Source of the DNA: Flectonema sp. DT1601
Taxonomy: Eukaryota
Direction of reading: 5' to 3'
Length of the DNA stretch: 64,000 nt
Assembly: GCA_964019425.1 (NCBI GenBank)
Contig: OZ025801.1
Span: 124,001 to 188,000, forward strand
In this document: positions 43,877-55,800 of the stretch, in pieces
How positions within the stretch are numbered: the first letter of the stretch is position 1
Layout of the letters: each line of letters opens with the position of its first letter
Made by a program: the position numbers and the translations under genes
Notes under the pieces: model-generated
Told to the model about the DNA's origin: nothing
The model's input: only the letters and a program-made list of their open reading frames with translations
Databases searched by the model: none

Positions 43877-46800
43877 ATGGACAAGGGTCTACCACCTGTG
43901 CCGGATTCCATAAATGGAATAAATGGTAGCGTCGGTGGGGGTGGTGGTGGTGAGTGCTCTGTCACGGTAGCCGTTCGAATCCGTCCCTTAAATAAAACAG
44001 AGAAGAGTAAGAACACTCCGATCATTCTTAATGTCATGTCAGAAGTATCAACTGTCGTACTTGGACCTAAAACCAATAATCCACATCGATTCACTTTTGA
44101 CTACACCTGGGACTCCATGGATTCTGAAGACGATTGCTATGCTTCTCAAGAAACCGTTTATAACGACATCGGAAAGAAGGTACTCAGAGCAGCCTTTCAA
44201 GGTTACAATGCTTGTATCTTTGCTTATGGTCAAACTGGTTCAGGAAAGACCTACTGCATGATGGGTGATCCTGACTGTCCTGTTCAACAAGGGGTAATCC
44301 CAAGACTTTGTAAAGACGTGTTCAACAAAATAAACGACGGATCTCCACCTCCAGCAGGTGTCAACAGCATCAGCTACAAAATAGAAGCTTCTTACCTCGA
44401 GATTTATCAAGAGACGGTGAGGTGTTTGTTAAATCCAAAGAAAGATAATTTAAAAGTAAGAGAACATCCAACAACAGGACCGTACATTGAAGACTTAACT
44501 AAATTAGTAATTAATGACTACAAGGACATCATAAGACTAATGGACGATGGTAATAAAGTTAGAACTGTTGCTGAGACAAACATGAACGACAAGTCGAGCA
44601 GATCTCACGCGATATTTCAAATAACATTAACGCAGACGAGATTGTATTCTAAAAACGTATCTCACGATAACGTATCGAAGATTAATCTTGTCGACTTAGC
44701 TGGTTCTGAAAGAGCTAAAAGTACTGGAGCAACAGGAACTAGATTACAAGAGGGAGCTGATATTAATAAATCACTTCTAACTCTAGGATTAGTAATCAAA
44801 GGACTTGCTGAGAACAGTACCAGTAAAAGGAGAGGAGGAAACCTTCAACATGTTAACTTTCGTGATTCTAAACTAACCTGGTTACTTAAAGATAACTTAG
44901 GAGGGAATAGTAAAACTTTTATGATCAGCACATTATCACCTGCTGAACTATACCACGATGAGACGCTATCAACTCTTAGATACGCTGACAGAGCGAAGAG
45001 TATTGTAACTAAGGCGATGGTTGTCGAGGATCCAAACATGAAATTAATTAGACAACTGAGAGAGGAACTCGCAAAGTATAAATGTAAACTTCAAAATTTT
45101 GAAGACAAGTACAGCGGCCTTCCTCCTCCAGCCCCGACAATACCAACTCTACCAAGTGATCACGCACCTCTTAGAATGGTTGAGGGGATGTTAGTCACTC
45201 CAAGAGGTGAGTTAGGTGGAGATCCCTTAGCGACTCCGAGAATCCCTCGCAATCAAAAGGAAGCTCGTGATCTTCATGAACGTATTGAGGCGATGACTAA
45301 ATTACTGGGAGAAGCTGGAATGAGTTGGGAAGAAAAAGAAGAAAAGACTCGTCAAGAAGAACAGTCACGTCAGGAAACGATGGAGACGATGGGGATCAGT
45401 AGTAGAGTTGTAATCGAAGCAAAGCTTCCTCATTTTATAAATCAGATTCCTGACGGAGGATGGGTCGTTCAATACATCACAGCAGGTGAGAAGATGACGA
45501 TTGGATCGTCTGATACTTCTGATATGATTTTAGAAGAACAGGGCTGCCTACCTAATCATGCTATTGTTTGGACTTCATCAGAGGGTGTCACGTACATTGA
45601 ACCAGTTAGTAGAGAAGCTAGCAGTCTGTTACTTGTTCATATTTATAACGATGACGGTGAAGTCGTTCAAGCAGCAGCCTCCCCTCCTGGCTCTCCAGGA
45701 GGACCAAAAGCTTCTGAATTCGATTCGTCGACTTTAAGAACAGTGTTATCACACGGAGCGTCTGTTGAAGTCGGTGAAAATAATTTTAGATTTGTTGATC
45801 CGAATGTCAGCGCTTCAGAAAGAGCTCGAAAGAAGGAACAACATCGATCGTTTTTAAGAGCAGCGAGAGACGGTTCCAGAGAACACTGCGATCAGACTCT
45901 CGGAGGGAAACCTCCTCAGCCACCTCCTCAGGCAGCTCCTCAGGCAGTCGATGAATCTGAGATCCGAAGACAGATCAGAACTGAAATCCTTCAGGAGGAG
46001 AAGAATCAAAAGATTCCACTCCTTCAACTCAATGAGGTTCAATCACAGTCCAGACTACTTCGACTCGGCTCTGCCCGCGTCCTTCGATCCGCAAAAAGCG
46101 CTTCCTCCCTTCGATCATCACGTGGCAATGAACCGATTGTCCAACTCTTCAAACACACAATCCTATTTGTTGGTCCTGAAGGTAGTGGTAAGTCGAGTGT
46201 TATTAAATGTTTAACTACAGAACCTTCCATATGGGGAAGGAAAGATGTTCCCTCAGGAGTTACAAAAACTGTTGGAGTCGACCACACGGAAATTCAAACG
46301 AGTCTCAGCGGAACACAAGTTGTGTTACTTTTACAAGACTTGTCTGGAAGTAAAGTGTACGAGTCGATGGCTTCCTTTTCTGTATCCGCTAATAGAAGTG
46401 TTGTGGTCCTCACTTGGGATATGTCCAGAAAGTTTGATCGAACAGAAATACTTGCCTGGGTTGAGACCATCATATCACAATCACCTGGTTCACCTGTAGT
46501 AGTGTTGGGAACTCATCGAGACAACTGTCGAGAAACTGATGAAGGGATAAAAGATTTACTTTACAACGTTCAGTCTTTACTATTAAATACACTCAACGAC
46601 AAGGGAATCCGTCACGGAGGTCAACTACTTGGAACCTATGCCGTGAGTTGTAAGACTCGTCACGTACTTTCAATTCCACTGAGTGGTGAGCCTGGAAATA
46701 CTAATCGCAGTTCGAACAGTCCAAGACTTAGTCCAAGACTTAGTCCCAGACGTACTCCTCGATCTGGGGGAAGTTTTAAAAAAATGAAATTTCGGGAACT

Positions 46801-48361
46801 GCTCTCCGTCCTGTCGCAGATTGCTTATGAGAGATGTCGAGCTCATCCGTATTTCCCAAATGGGAATATCCCTTCATCAATACTGACTGCTGCTAAGAAG
46901 ATAAATGACCTCCGATCTAATGGAGTTTATTGTATTACTTCTTCACAATATAAATCGATACTCGTATTAGCTGATCAGAAGTACAGCGATACTAAAGAGT
47001 TAAAAAGAGCAACAGGACTACTACATTCATGGGGTGTTCTCCATCACTTTGACAAGTGTCCAAAGCTTCGTGACACTATCTACACTGATCCAAGATGGTT
47101 GTACGACTTGATGCACATTCTCCCCAGTTGTGTTCATTTCCAACAATTGGGAGCAGAGTCCGTTCGAAAACATAAAAACATTCGCTTTGCTTTCAACCTC
47201 GCAGATGCTCAACAAAAAGATGTCGGAAACCTCCTCTCAAAAGGCATTCTAACGATTCCTCTTGCGATGACTCTTTTTAAGAATTCTCTTTCTTTAATTA
47301 AGAAGACCCCTCAGGAAGTAATGCTTTGTCTTTCTTTATTAATGAACCTTGATATCCTATACCCAATTATACCACCGACAGAAGGATCGATATCCCCAAC
47401 AACTTCACTGGAGACTGTTGTTGAAGAAGAACGTAAGGAGGATGTAATCTACCTCTCACCTTCTTTCTTTACTCATCCGTTTCCTGGTGTTCTGGTGGAC
47501 GTGATGCCATGTCTGATGTCAGGTATTCGTAAAAGGTTTATATTCAAACCGTCGCTTCCAAAAAATGTTTTCAGCAGACTGCTAACCAGAACTGCTAAAT
47601 GTGTGAAAAGACTTTTTATTGGAAAGGTTGACTTGATGAAGCAAAGAAGAAATTCTGGATTTTCCCTACCCAGTAATTCATTTTGGAAGAATGGTGCCTG
47701 GGTTCAAGATTCTTTGACGACGAGGGCTTTGCTATGGAGCGGTCCCAGCGATGAGATTCACCTTTGTTCAAACATTCCATCATCGGGACCAACACCTTCA
47801 AGAGAGTTAATAGATGGAGTGACTAGAGCACTGTATACACTTGTTGATGAATATAAAGGTGTTTCTATTACTGAAATGTTACCTTGTCCTACTTCTGAAT
47901 GTTTGTCATGGTTGAGCTGTGGCTCACCATCTGAGGCAATTTCATGTCCGGGTTGTGGTCGTGAAATACAACCGTCTGAGTTGGACGGAGCTAATGTCAG
48001 CGCATTCAAAACAGATCAAAAGAATGAAGTGTTACAACACTGCGGTAATCCAGAACTACTTGGTCCTCTGTTAGATAAGTTAGAAATGGATACTGTTCAT
48101 GAACCAAACGACTCTGATGTTCAAGAAGGTAAATCTATTATCGAAGAAATCCTCCGAAGCGAAGGTTGCAATCGCATTGACCGAACTCGCACTCTCGTCA
48201 ACAAAATAGAAGAAATGGAATCAAACAATCTGACTGAGGCTGCAACTCGTCTGGAATGGGCAATGCAAGTCGTAAACACTCAGGAGAAATTAATTGCATC
48301 CGCTAAGGCGCTTGACGAGGTTGTGGAGTTACTAACAAGTCCTCCACCACCACCTCAATAA
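43877..48361 (+). CDS. Kinesin-3-like motor, FHA-like domain, Roc GTPase and COR domain fusion (1494 aa)
   Basis: Motor motifs FAYGQTGSGKT, SSRSH and LVDLAGSER. FHA-like region at ~45420-45800. Roc motifs GPEGSGKS, TVGVD, DLSG, GTHRD and VSCKT. COR-like LHSWGVLHHF..DPRWL and FSRLL..FWKNG. Confidence 0.9.
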   Translation: MDKGLPPVPDSINGINGSVGGGGGGECSVTVAVRIRPLNKTEKSKNTPIILNVMSEVSTVVLGPKTNNPHRFTFDYTWDSMDSEDDCYASQETVYNDIGKKVLRAAFQGYNACIFAYGQTGSGKTYCMMGDPDCPVQQGVIPRLCKDVFNKINDGSPPPAGVNSISYKIEASYLEIYQETVRCLLNPKKDNLKVREHPTTGPYIEDLTKLVINDYKDIIRLMDDGNKVRTVAETNMNDKSSRSHAIFQITLTQTRLYSKNVSHDNVSKINLVDLAGSERAKSTGATGTRLQEGADINKSLLTLGLVIKGLAENSTSKRRGGNLQHVNFRDSKLTWLLKDNLGGNSKTFMISTLSPAELYHDETLSTLRYADRAKSIVTKAMVVEDPNMKLIRQLREELAKYKCKLQNFEDKYSGLPPPAPTIPTLPSDHAPLRMVEGMLVTPRGELGGDPLATPRIPRNQKEARDLHERIEAMTKLLGEAGMSWEEKEEKTRQEEQSRQETMETMGISSRVVIEAKLPHFINQIPDGGWVVQYITAGEKMTIGSSDTSDMILEEQGCLPNHAIVWTSSEGVTYIEPVSREASSLLLVHIYNDDGEVVQAAASPPGSPGGPKASEFDSSTLRTVLSHGASVEVGENNFRFVDPNVSASERARKKEQHRSFLRAARDGSREHCDQTLGGKPPQPPPQAAPQAVDESEIRRQIRTEILQEEKNQKIPLLQLNEVQSQSRLLRLGSARVLRSAKSASSLRSSRGNEPIVQLFKHTILFVGPEGSGKSSVIKCLTTEPSIWGRKDVPSGVTKTVGVDHTEIQTSLSGTQVVLLLQDLSGSKVYESMASFSVSANRSVVVLTWDMSRKFDRTEILAWVETIISQSPGSPVVVLGTHRDNCRETDEGIKDLLYNVQSLLLNTLNDKGIRHGGQLLGTYAVSCKTRHVLSIPLSGEPGNTNRSSNSPRLSPRLSPRRTPRSGGSFKKMKFRELLSVLSQIAYERCRAHPYFPNGNIPSSILTAAKKINDLRSNGVYCITSSQYKSILVLADQKYSDTKELKRATGLLHSWGVLHHFDKCPKLRDTIYTDPRWLYDLMHILPSCVHFQQLGAESVRKHKNIRFAFNLADAQQKDVGNLLSKGILTIPLAMTLFKNSLSLIKKTPQEVMLCLSLLMNLDILYPIIPPTEGSISPTTSLETVVEEERKEDVIYLSPSFFTHPFPGVLVDVMPCLMSGIRKRFIFKPSLPKNVFSRLLTRTAKCVKRLFIGKVDLMKQRRNSGFSLPSNSFWKNGAWVQDSLTTRALLWSGPSDEIHLCSNIPSSGPTPSRELIDGVTRALYTLVDEYKGVSITEMLPCPTSECLSWLSCGSPSEAISCPGCGREIQPSELDGANVSAFKTDQKNEVLQHCGNPELLGPLLDKLEMDTVHEPNDSDVQEGKSIIEEILRSEGCNRIDRTRTLVNKIEEMESNNLTEAATRLEWAMQVVNTQEKLIASAKALDEVVELLTSPPPPPQ

Positions 48362-49380
48362 GAAACCTGACTGTCTGTTCTACTTACCAATCTTGTGAAT
48401 GACACCAATAATCTGATTAGTGAAGTCAACTAACGTAATGTGTTCTTTGTTAGTTAGTCTCGTGTGTGTGTTTTAGAGTTGCTTCAAAATGAGTGAATTG
48501 TTTCTTTGCTTCTTATTGTTGTTTGGTATTATTGGGCAGGTTTTTGTGTTAAATAGATATACAGCTGCGTTCGTGACCATTGGCCTGCTGTTTTCTTTTT
48601 TCTTTTCATTCATTCTTTCTTTTTTTTTGTTTTTTTCGTTTTGAATTACAAACAACAGTTAAATGAACAACTAACGCGTTCATTTAACCGAAATAAGTAA
48701 AGAAGACAGGCAGCGAGTAATAGAAATCCGGCAAACTTATTAGTTCGCAGGGCGGTTACTTGTCTGGTAGTTTAAAAAAACTTTCAAAACCCGAACAACT
48801 CCCTTTGTTTGTGTGGAGTGGGACAGGTGTAAAAACGCTGTCAAAAACCCTCAAAAATAAAATAAAACAAGATGCTAAAAGCACCTTGCTCAACCACATG
48901 CAGGGCTATCTTATTTTGCCAAAGTACAAAAAGGGTCACCTTTGGAATATTAATGCTCTCGACCTTATCGATCGAAATACAGTTTTGAGAGTTGAGCCTC
49001 ATCTTGGTGATGCTACCAAAACTAAGTTTTCCGAAAAAAGAAATATGGCGAGGATACAACATTGTGATCCCTTAATCTATGGTGGGTAGTGTTCCAGACT
49101 TGCTTTCCCCCGTTGTTTTCTTTTTGTTGATTCGTTCCTTGCTTTGCTTTCCCCGAACCCGGGGAGCCCTGCTGCGAGAAATTTTGCCCAACTCACCGAG
49201 TGTATTCAATAGTTGTTGTGTGTTGATCCTCAGTGGATTATGTTTTGTTTTGTTTACATTTACTCTTTAATTCAGCCGTTCCTTTTTTCAGGTGATCGAC
49301 CAACACATGATGAGTGAACATTTTTTGTATTTACAGACTGGGTGATTCTTCAATAAATCTTTCCTCAACAGGCTCTCCAC

Positions 49381-52014
49381 ATGTACGATGGGAGGGCACC
49401 AGCGGATCTCAGCCCCACGTCGTTTTTGAAGTTAGTGTTGCTGCTGTTATCGCTGTTGATTAGAAGTGAGGCAGCTAACTGCTACATTGCTGAACACTCC
49501 TTGACAACTTGTGGTATTGCGGACCTTCAGAATGATGGTTGGGTGTGTTGTAGAAGATGTATTTCAGGTATTTGTGAATGGAAATGTATAACAACAACAT
49601 GTTCTACAACTTGTGGGTGTGGAGTACTGGAAACTGATGGAGAAATTCTTCAAGTTGGTGGTAACACTGTGTGTCCTCCGACATGTGTGCCACGAACTGC
49701 TGTGCCGACCTTGGCTCCTCCAACTCCAGTTCCACCAACACCAAGTCCACCAACACCGATACCTCCAACACTCGTTCCGACAGCAGTACCCCCGACCCCT
49801 ATTCCTCCAACTCCAGTCCCACCAACTCCAGTCCCACCAACTCCAGTCCCACCAACACCTATACCACCAACTCCAGCTCCACCTACTCCACTGCCGCCGA
49901 CGCCTGTTCCGCCAACTCCAGCACCACCTACTCCGATTCCGGCAACACCAGCGCCACCGACTCCGATTCCGCCAACACCTGCACCACCTACTCCAATCCC
50001 ACCGACTCCAATCCCACCGACCCCCATTCCGCCAACACCGGTGCCACCTACTCCAGTGCCACCTACTCCAGTGCCACCTACTCCAGTGCCACCTACTCCA
50101 GTGCCACCTACTCCAGTGCCACCTACTCCAGTGCCGCCGACCCCCATTCCGCCAACACCAGTGCCACCGACTCCGATTCCGCCTACACCTGCACCACCCA
50201 CTCCAATCCCACCGACTCCTATTCCACCAACGCCTGCACCGCCGACACCGTCGCCACCAACTCCTGTACCTCCAACGCCGGCGCCACCAACTCCGTTGCC
50301 TCCGACCGGCATACCGCTGACACCATCGCCACCTACTCCGATACCACCTACACCAGCTCCTCCAACTTCCACACCACCGACTTCATCTCCACCAACACCT
50401 GTGCCGCCTACTCCGATCCCGCCGACAGCAATACCTACAAGTTTGGTGCCTGAGACCCCGCTGCCGACGACGTCGGTTCCAACAACACCACAGCCAATAG
50501 CAGTACAAACAGTTGTTGTTAACGACACGAAAATACCAGTAGCGGTAACAATGTCAACTTCTGCTGGCAGTGAATCAGCGAATACCGTAAATGGTGTCGG
50601 AGCTATCGGAAGCGTGCTGACAGTGTCACCCTCAGCTGCAATGGGGGCTGGCAGACTCTCAATTCTGATGGGACCGTGTCTTGAGCGCTCTGAGACTGCT
50701 CCTCTTCCTAGGATTATATCACCACTGCGTTTATCGTTCGATGGGAAAAATGGGAAATATATCGGATGTTTGGCAGGCAACATGATCATCATTACTACTG
50801 CGAGTGTCTTACACCTTCTCGGATCTTTTCTATTAATCGGTTTCGCAAAGAGTTTCCTTTCTGCGCAGGGGTTGCTCCGGTTTCCTGCGTGGACCATATA
50901 CGTTTATATATTCTTATATCAAGGGTTTACAACTTGTGGTGTCCATCTCTTATTTCAACCTGCAGATGCGAAAGACGTTATTGTCGGCGCTGTCGCCATC
51001 CTGACAGCTGTTATGTTTGCATTGTGGAATTGTGTTATTGTGTTTCACTCTTTACCTCAAAGAGCGGAGTATGTTGTCGATCCGTTGCATGCGACAAAAC
51101 CAATTTTAACTTTTTTTATTGGAAAAGGAGAATACATTCCAAAGAAGGATCATTTTGTGAATAGATTCGGAACTTTATTTAATCGATTCTCACCTAAAGT
51201 AGCTCTGTTTGGGACAGTTGAATGTTTCCTGTCACTTACCTTGTCAGTTATTGAAGGTGTTCGTGCGGATAATTTAGTCCAATGTGGGCACAAGAGACTA
51301 GCTATGGGTCTTTGTATGTTATTTTATGCAGGAGTAGTTGGGTTTATAACACCTGCTAGAAGACCCAGAGATGACGTCATAGAAGTTATTAATGATTTAA
51401 TATCTTGTGTTGGATTAGTGTGTCTTGCCTTGGCATATTATTCTGGTGATAGTAATCATCTTGGTTACTCTCTTGCTAATGATTTGTTTACAGTTGTGTC
51501 TTATTCTCTCTTAATAAAAAGTATCCTTGATTTACTTACGGTAGTCTATGTTGTTTTGACAAAGAGGAGAGATCGTTTAATGAACAAATCTCAACCACCA
51601 GTTCCTGCAGACAATCTAACGAGAATTGATAAGAAGGTACCAAAGATGCCGACATTACAGTTGCGGAGGGGAAGTATAATTCGCGATGATGTGGAGGATG
51701 ACTACGCACATTTATCAAAATTTAAATTTGGTAGCTCAGAGACACATTCAGAGGCGGAGCTTGTTTCGCTTCACAACGATTCCGATACTCCTGTTCATCA
51801 AATTTCAATGGCTTACCTTACTTCACCGAGAAGAAGTTCCAGCCCTGCTACTTTCGGATTGGGTGCTGGACCCCGTCGGTATAGTTCTCTCCCGAGTGGA
51901 CTTCCTCCACGTTCAACAAGTCGTCGAAAATCATCATACCGTTATGCTGCTCCTCCTACGAGGAAGAGAAGGCTGTCTCAGGGATTGGGAAGTATCACTC
52001 CTGTTGATGTTTAA
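49381..52014 (+). CDS. Cell-surface protein: signal peptide, Cys-rich head, PPTP(V/I/A) stalk, multi-pass TM region, Ser/Arg-rich tail
   Basis: Hydrophobic N-terminus, 15-bp coding repeats at ~49715-50430, and about 7-8 hydrophobic segments downstream. Confidence 0.88.
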   Translation: MYDGRAPADLSPTSFLKLVLLLLSLLIRSEAANCYIAEHSLTTCGIADLQNDGWVCCRRCISGICEWKCITTTCSTTCGCGVLETDGEILQVGGNTVCPPTCVPRTAVPTLAPPTPVPPTPSPPTPIPPTLVPTAVPPTPIPPTPVPPTPVPPTPVPPTPIPPTPAPPTPLPPTPVPPTPAPPTPIPATPAPPTPIPPTPAPPTPIPPTPIPPTPIPPTPVPPTPVPPTPVPPTPVPPTPVPPTPVPPTPVPPTPIPPTPVPPTPIPPTPAPPTPIPPTPIPPTPAPPTPSPPTPVPPTPAPPTPLPPTGIPLTPSPPTPIPPTPAPPTSTPPTSSPPTPVPPTPIPPTAIPTSLVPETPLPTTSVPTTPQPIAVQTVVVNDTKIPVAVTMSTSAGSESANTVNGVGAIGSVLTVSPSAAMGAGRLSILMGPCLERSETAPLPRIISPLRLSFDGKNGKYIGCLAGNMIIITTASVLHLLGSFLLIGFAKSFLSAQGLLRFPAWTIYVYIFLYQGFTTCGVHLLFQPADAKDVIVGAVAILTAVMFALWNCVIVFHSLPQRAEYVVDPLHATKPILTFFIGKGEYIPKKDHFVNRFGTLFNRFSPKVALFGTVECFLSLTLSVIEGVRADNLVQCGHKRLAMGLCMLFYAGVVGFITPARRPRDDVIEVINDLISCVGLVCLALAYYSGDSNHLGYSLANDLFTVVSYSLLIKSILDLLTVVYVVLTKRRDRLMNKSQPPVPADNLTRIDKKVPKMPTLQLRRGSIIRDDVEDDYAHLSKFKFGSSETHSEAELVSLHNDSDTPVHQISMAYLTSPRRSSSPATFGLGAGPRRYSSLPSGLPPRSTSRRKSSYRYAAPPTRKRRLSQGLGSITPVDV

Positions 52015-53330
52015 ATCAAATTAGTTGTTCCACCTAAGGAGTGCAGTTTCTTTTGCAACCCTTTAATTTTCCCTCTGTTTTGGCTTTGTTTTGTTCTTTT
52101 CCCTGTTAATCGAATGAAGAAACAACATAGATAAAATTGTTTTACTTTTTTTCTCATTCATAATTATTTTCATTTGTTACTTACTGATGGATTTTTCGTT
52201 TCGAAGCATTCATTCATCCCAGTGCAATGTTTGTTGAAAAAAAAATTAAGTTTTTTTTTTTTCAGAACAAATTCCTTACTGTTGCATCTAGCATCCCTTT
52301 GAAAACTTGACATTACTGGCTGAATTGAATCGCCTGTTGTGAAAATATATATTTGATTCTGCGTCACTTTCTGTCCTCAAAGATGGTTTATAGTCCTTTT
52401 TGTGTTAATAAGGAACTTTCATCGTGTTTGTCGATTTCATTTATTTGAGATTGGACAAGTTTGTGTTAATGTTTGCTTTCTTCTCTATTTTCTTTTTTAA
52501 AACAAAATCTGCAAGCTATTCTATGATGCTTTGCTGCGTTGTATTTACAAGTTTGCGATCCAATTTTTTTTTTTTTTTTTTTTTTTTGCGTGATTTTCAT
52601 ATCTGACAAGTGCTCCCTTTTTTTTCTGATCAGGTTATGGTAACAAAACCTGATTCAATTCTGAAACCCTTATTGTGAGATAAAAAAGATTTTAATTCAG
52701 TTGAATTGTTATTGCGATGGCATGATTAAACTTGTCTACTTTTTGGTTTTTAAACGACGAAAAAGTCCACTTGTTTATAACGGTTCATTCTATCTTTGTA
52801 CTCAAACAACCAACTAGCTTGAGAGAAAAGATCTCTCATAAACTGTGTACTTTATTCTTTGAACTCCTTGTTTTATGTTATTTTTTCTCAATCAGAATAA
52901 CAAATAATGCCTTGTTTGATAAATCATTATAAGCCGCAACCGCTGCAGAGTATCTACGGAAAAATCCCTGGCGATAACTTTTTTAGTCTAAACCCCAATC
53001 TAAGTTCCCAATGCTCAGCTGTGGTATCAGCTGTGGTATTATTGTGCCGCAATCACTGCGTTGTTTAGCAGAAATCGGATCTACTGTTTGTTTTTGATTT
53101 GTCTGTTTCTTCTTTTAAAGCGAAACTTAATTATCACATTTTACTTAACAGCGAAGATGACATTATCAGAACCCCCAGTGGCATTAATCTCAATAGGTTG
53201 GGACTAAATTGTGCAACAACAAAAAATAGAAGTCTGTTTGAAGAAATATGTTTTACACATTCGTTTATTAATCTCATCATACTCCAAGCCATTCATCATC
53301 ACATTTCGTAGGTTACGCAGGCGAGTTAAA

Positions 53331-55032
53331 ATGCAACTTTCGGTTACGTTCCCAGACACAGGATTTCCTGACGTTGTTTTCACAGCTTCTGGAGAGTCGC
53401 TCGTGAAGGATGCATTGCAGGTTGCAGCTGGATGAGTGGGGTACCGATGCTGACTTTCTTGAGCTTTCTCACGCAGGATTGCGGCTTCGAGCAGGTAGTC
53501 GACTGGTGTCGTACGGAGTGGAGGACGGCTCGCTGTTGGATGCATCTGTGGTGCGCTTGTTTGGATTAGAATGGTTCGCAGATGCTGCAAAGAAAGCGAA
53601 GGCATTCCTACGAGGAGAACGGGATCAGGACGGGTTTTTCTGCCTTGATACTCCCACATTCGCTGTGGATGGCTGTCTTCAGTTTAATAACAGTGAGTGG
53701 TTCTCGGATGATGTTACAAACATCTCATTCAGCAACTCTGAACCCTCAGTCACGACCGTTTCAGATGGTTTCTTATCCTCATCTCGTAAGGTTATAAAGG
53801 TCAGTCTGCCTGGTCTTCAATACGTCACATCTGTTGGTAATAATTTCCTCCAAGATTGCAATTCACTGTCATCCGTAGACTTATCGAGTCTCAGCAATGT
53901 TTCAGCTGTTGGAAACGCTTTTCTATGTTATTGTCCATCCCTCACATCTGTTGACTTATCAGGTCTCAGCAATGTTTCAGCTGTTGGAAACGCTTTTCTA
54001 AATAGTTGTTCATCCCTCACATCTGTTGACTTATCAGGTCTCAGCAATGTTTCAGCTGTTGGAAACTCTTTTCTAAATAATTGTTCATCCCTCACATCTG
54101 TTGACGCATCAGGTCTCAGCAGTGTTTCAGTTGTTGGACGCTATTTTTTAGGTTTTTGTTTATCCCTCACATCTCTGGACTTATCAAGTCTCAGCAATGT
54201 TTCAGCTGTTGGAGAGGATTTTCTATATTATTGTCCATCCCTCACATCTGTTGACTTATCAGATCTCAGCAATGTTTCAGTTGTTGGAGACCATTTTCTA
54301 AGTAATTGTTTATCCCTCGCATCTGTTAACTTATCAAGTCTCAGCAATGTTTCAGCTGTTGGAAACGCTTTTCTAAATAATTGTCCATCCCTCACATCTG
54401 TTGACTTATCAGGTCTCAGCAATGTTTCAGCTGTTGGAAACGCTTTTCTAAATAATTGTTCATCCCTCACATCTCTGGACTTATCAGGTCTCAGCAATGT
54501 TTCAGCTGTTGGAAACTCTTTTCTAAATAATAGTTCATCTCTCACATCTGTTGACTTATCAAGTCTCAGCAATGTTTCAGTTGTTGGAGACCATTTTCTA
54601 AGTAATTGTTCATCCCTCACATCTCTGGACTTATCAAGTCTCAGCAATGTTTCAGCTGTTGGAAACTCTTTTCTAAGTAATTGTTCATCCCTCACATCTG
54701 TTGACTTATCAAGTCTCAGCAATGTTTCAGTTGTTGGAGACCATTTTCTAAGTAATTGTTCATCCCTCACATCTCTGGACTTATCAAGTCTCAGCAATGT
54801 TTCAGCTGTTGGAAACTCTTTTCTAAGTAATTGTTCATCCCTCACATCTGTTGACTTATCAAGTCTCAGCAATGTTTCAGTTGTTGGAGACCATTTTCTA
54901 GGAATTTGTTCATCACTTGCTTCCTTGGATTTATCTCTCATGAATGTGGAATCCGTTGGAGGTAGTTTCCTAAAAGGTTGTTCGTCCATTAACAGAGACG
55001 AACTGCATACGAGCATAAGGAACTTGAAATGA
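53331..55032 (+). pseudogene. LRR protein (24-aa BspA-like repeats) with ubiquitin-like N-terminus; +1 frameshift at ~53430
   Basis: 72-bp repeats encoding LTSVDLSSLSNVSAVGNSFLSNCSS. The ATG 53331 frame stops at 53435 and joins the long frame if one G at 53430 is removed. Confidence 0.75.
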
Positions 55033-55389
55033 CATAAATCACATACGTGTTGTTTTTATTGTGTGTATTATTCCTTTTGTTTTATTTCGACGACCTCTTG
55101 TGGGACTTGGAGTTATACTGTTTCCTGAATTCGGATAAAAACCAACATTTCAATTCATTCCTGGAGAAGATTAGGTCTTCTAAATTTACTCGGATCGATC
55201 CAGTGTGGTTCGATTCAAAAAAAGGGCTGCTGCCAACCTAACGTTAATATTTAATGCTCTACGAGTGCTTTAGTTTATTATCAGTGAAATTGTTTTATCC
55301 TGTTTTAATTTTGTTGATTTTTATTTATTTTAGTTCGATAGTTTAATAAGCTGCGGCGAGGCGGAAAGCTGGAGATTGGTATTTATTAA

Positions 55390-55800
55390 TCTTCTGTCGA
55401 TGCTACTTCAACAATCCATGCGAAATCTTCGGATATGGCTACGGATTGGGTCCTCTGTTACTCCTCCTAGATGGCTCACTGATCTAATTCTTATCGAACA
55501 GATTCAGCTTCAGGGGTACACCTGCTTCCGTAGGGACAGAACCAGATTATATTGTGATGGCAAGGCTAAACGCGGTGTTGGACTAGTTACTTTCTGCAGA
55601 GACTCCCTTGGTTAGGAGACTATCTGATCCAACTGAGCGTGATTCACCATTTGAGACATTAGTTAAAGTAATGACTGACATTGTTCCGATTACCTCTTCT
55701 AATGTGTATTCCATAGAATTTCTTGGTTCCGACATCAATTGTCTTCGGTGAAGCGGCATGTGGAGATTTCAATGGTGAGCGGCCGAGGATGGTTCCAGCA
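55390..55800 (+). pseudogene. Degenerate APE-type endonuclease fragment of a LINE
   Basis: QLQGYTCFRRDR..KRGVGLVTF, and a downstream GDFN motif (GGAGATTTCAAT at ~55762) in broken frames. Confidence 0.65.

Noticed and set aside
49613..50897. Alternative-frame and antisense Gly-rich ORFs
   Set aside because: They are shadows of the PPTP repeat.
54228..55016. 262-aa minus-strand repeat ORF
   Set aside because: It is the antisense shadow of the LRR repeats.
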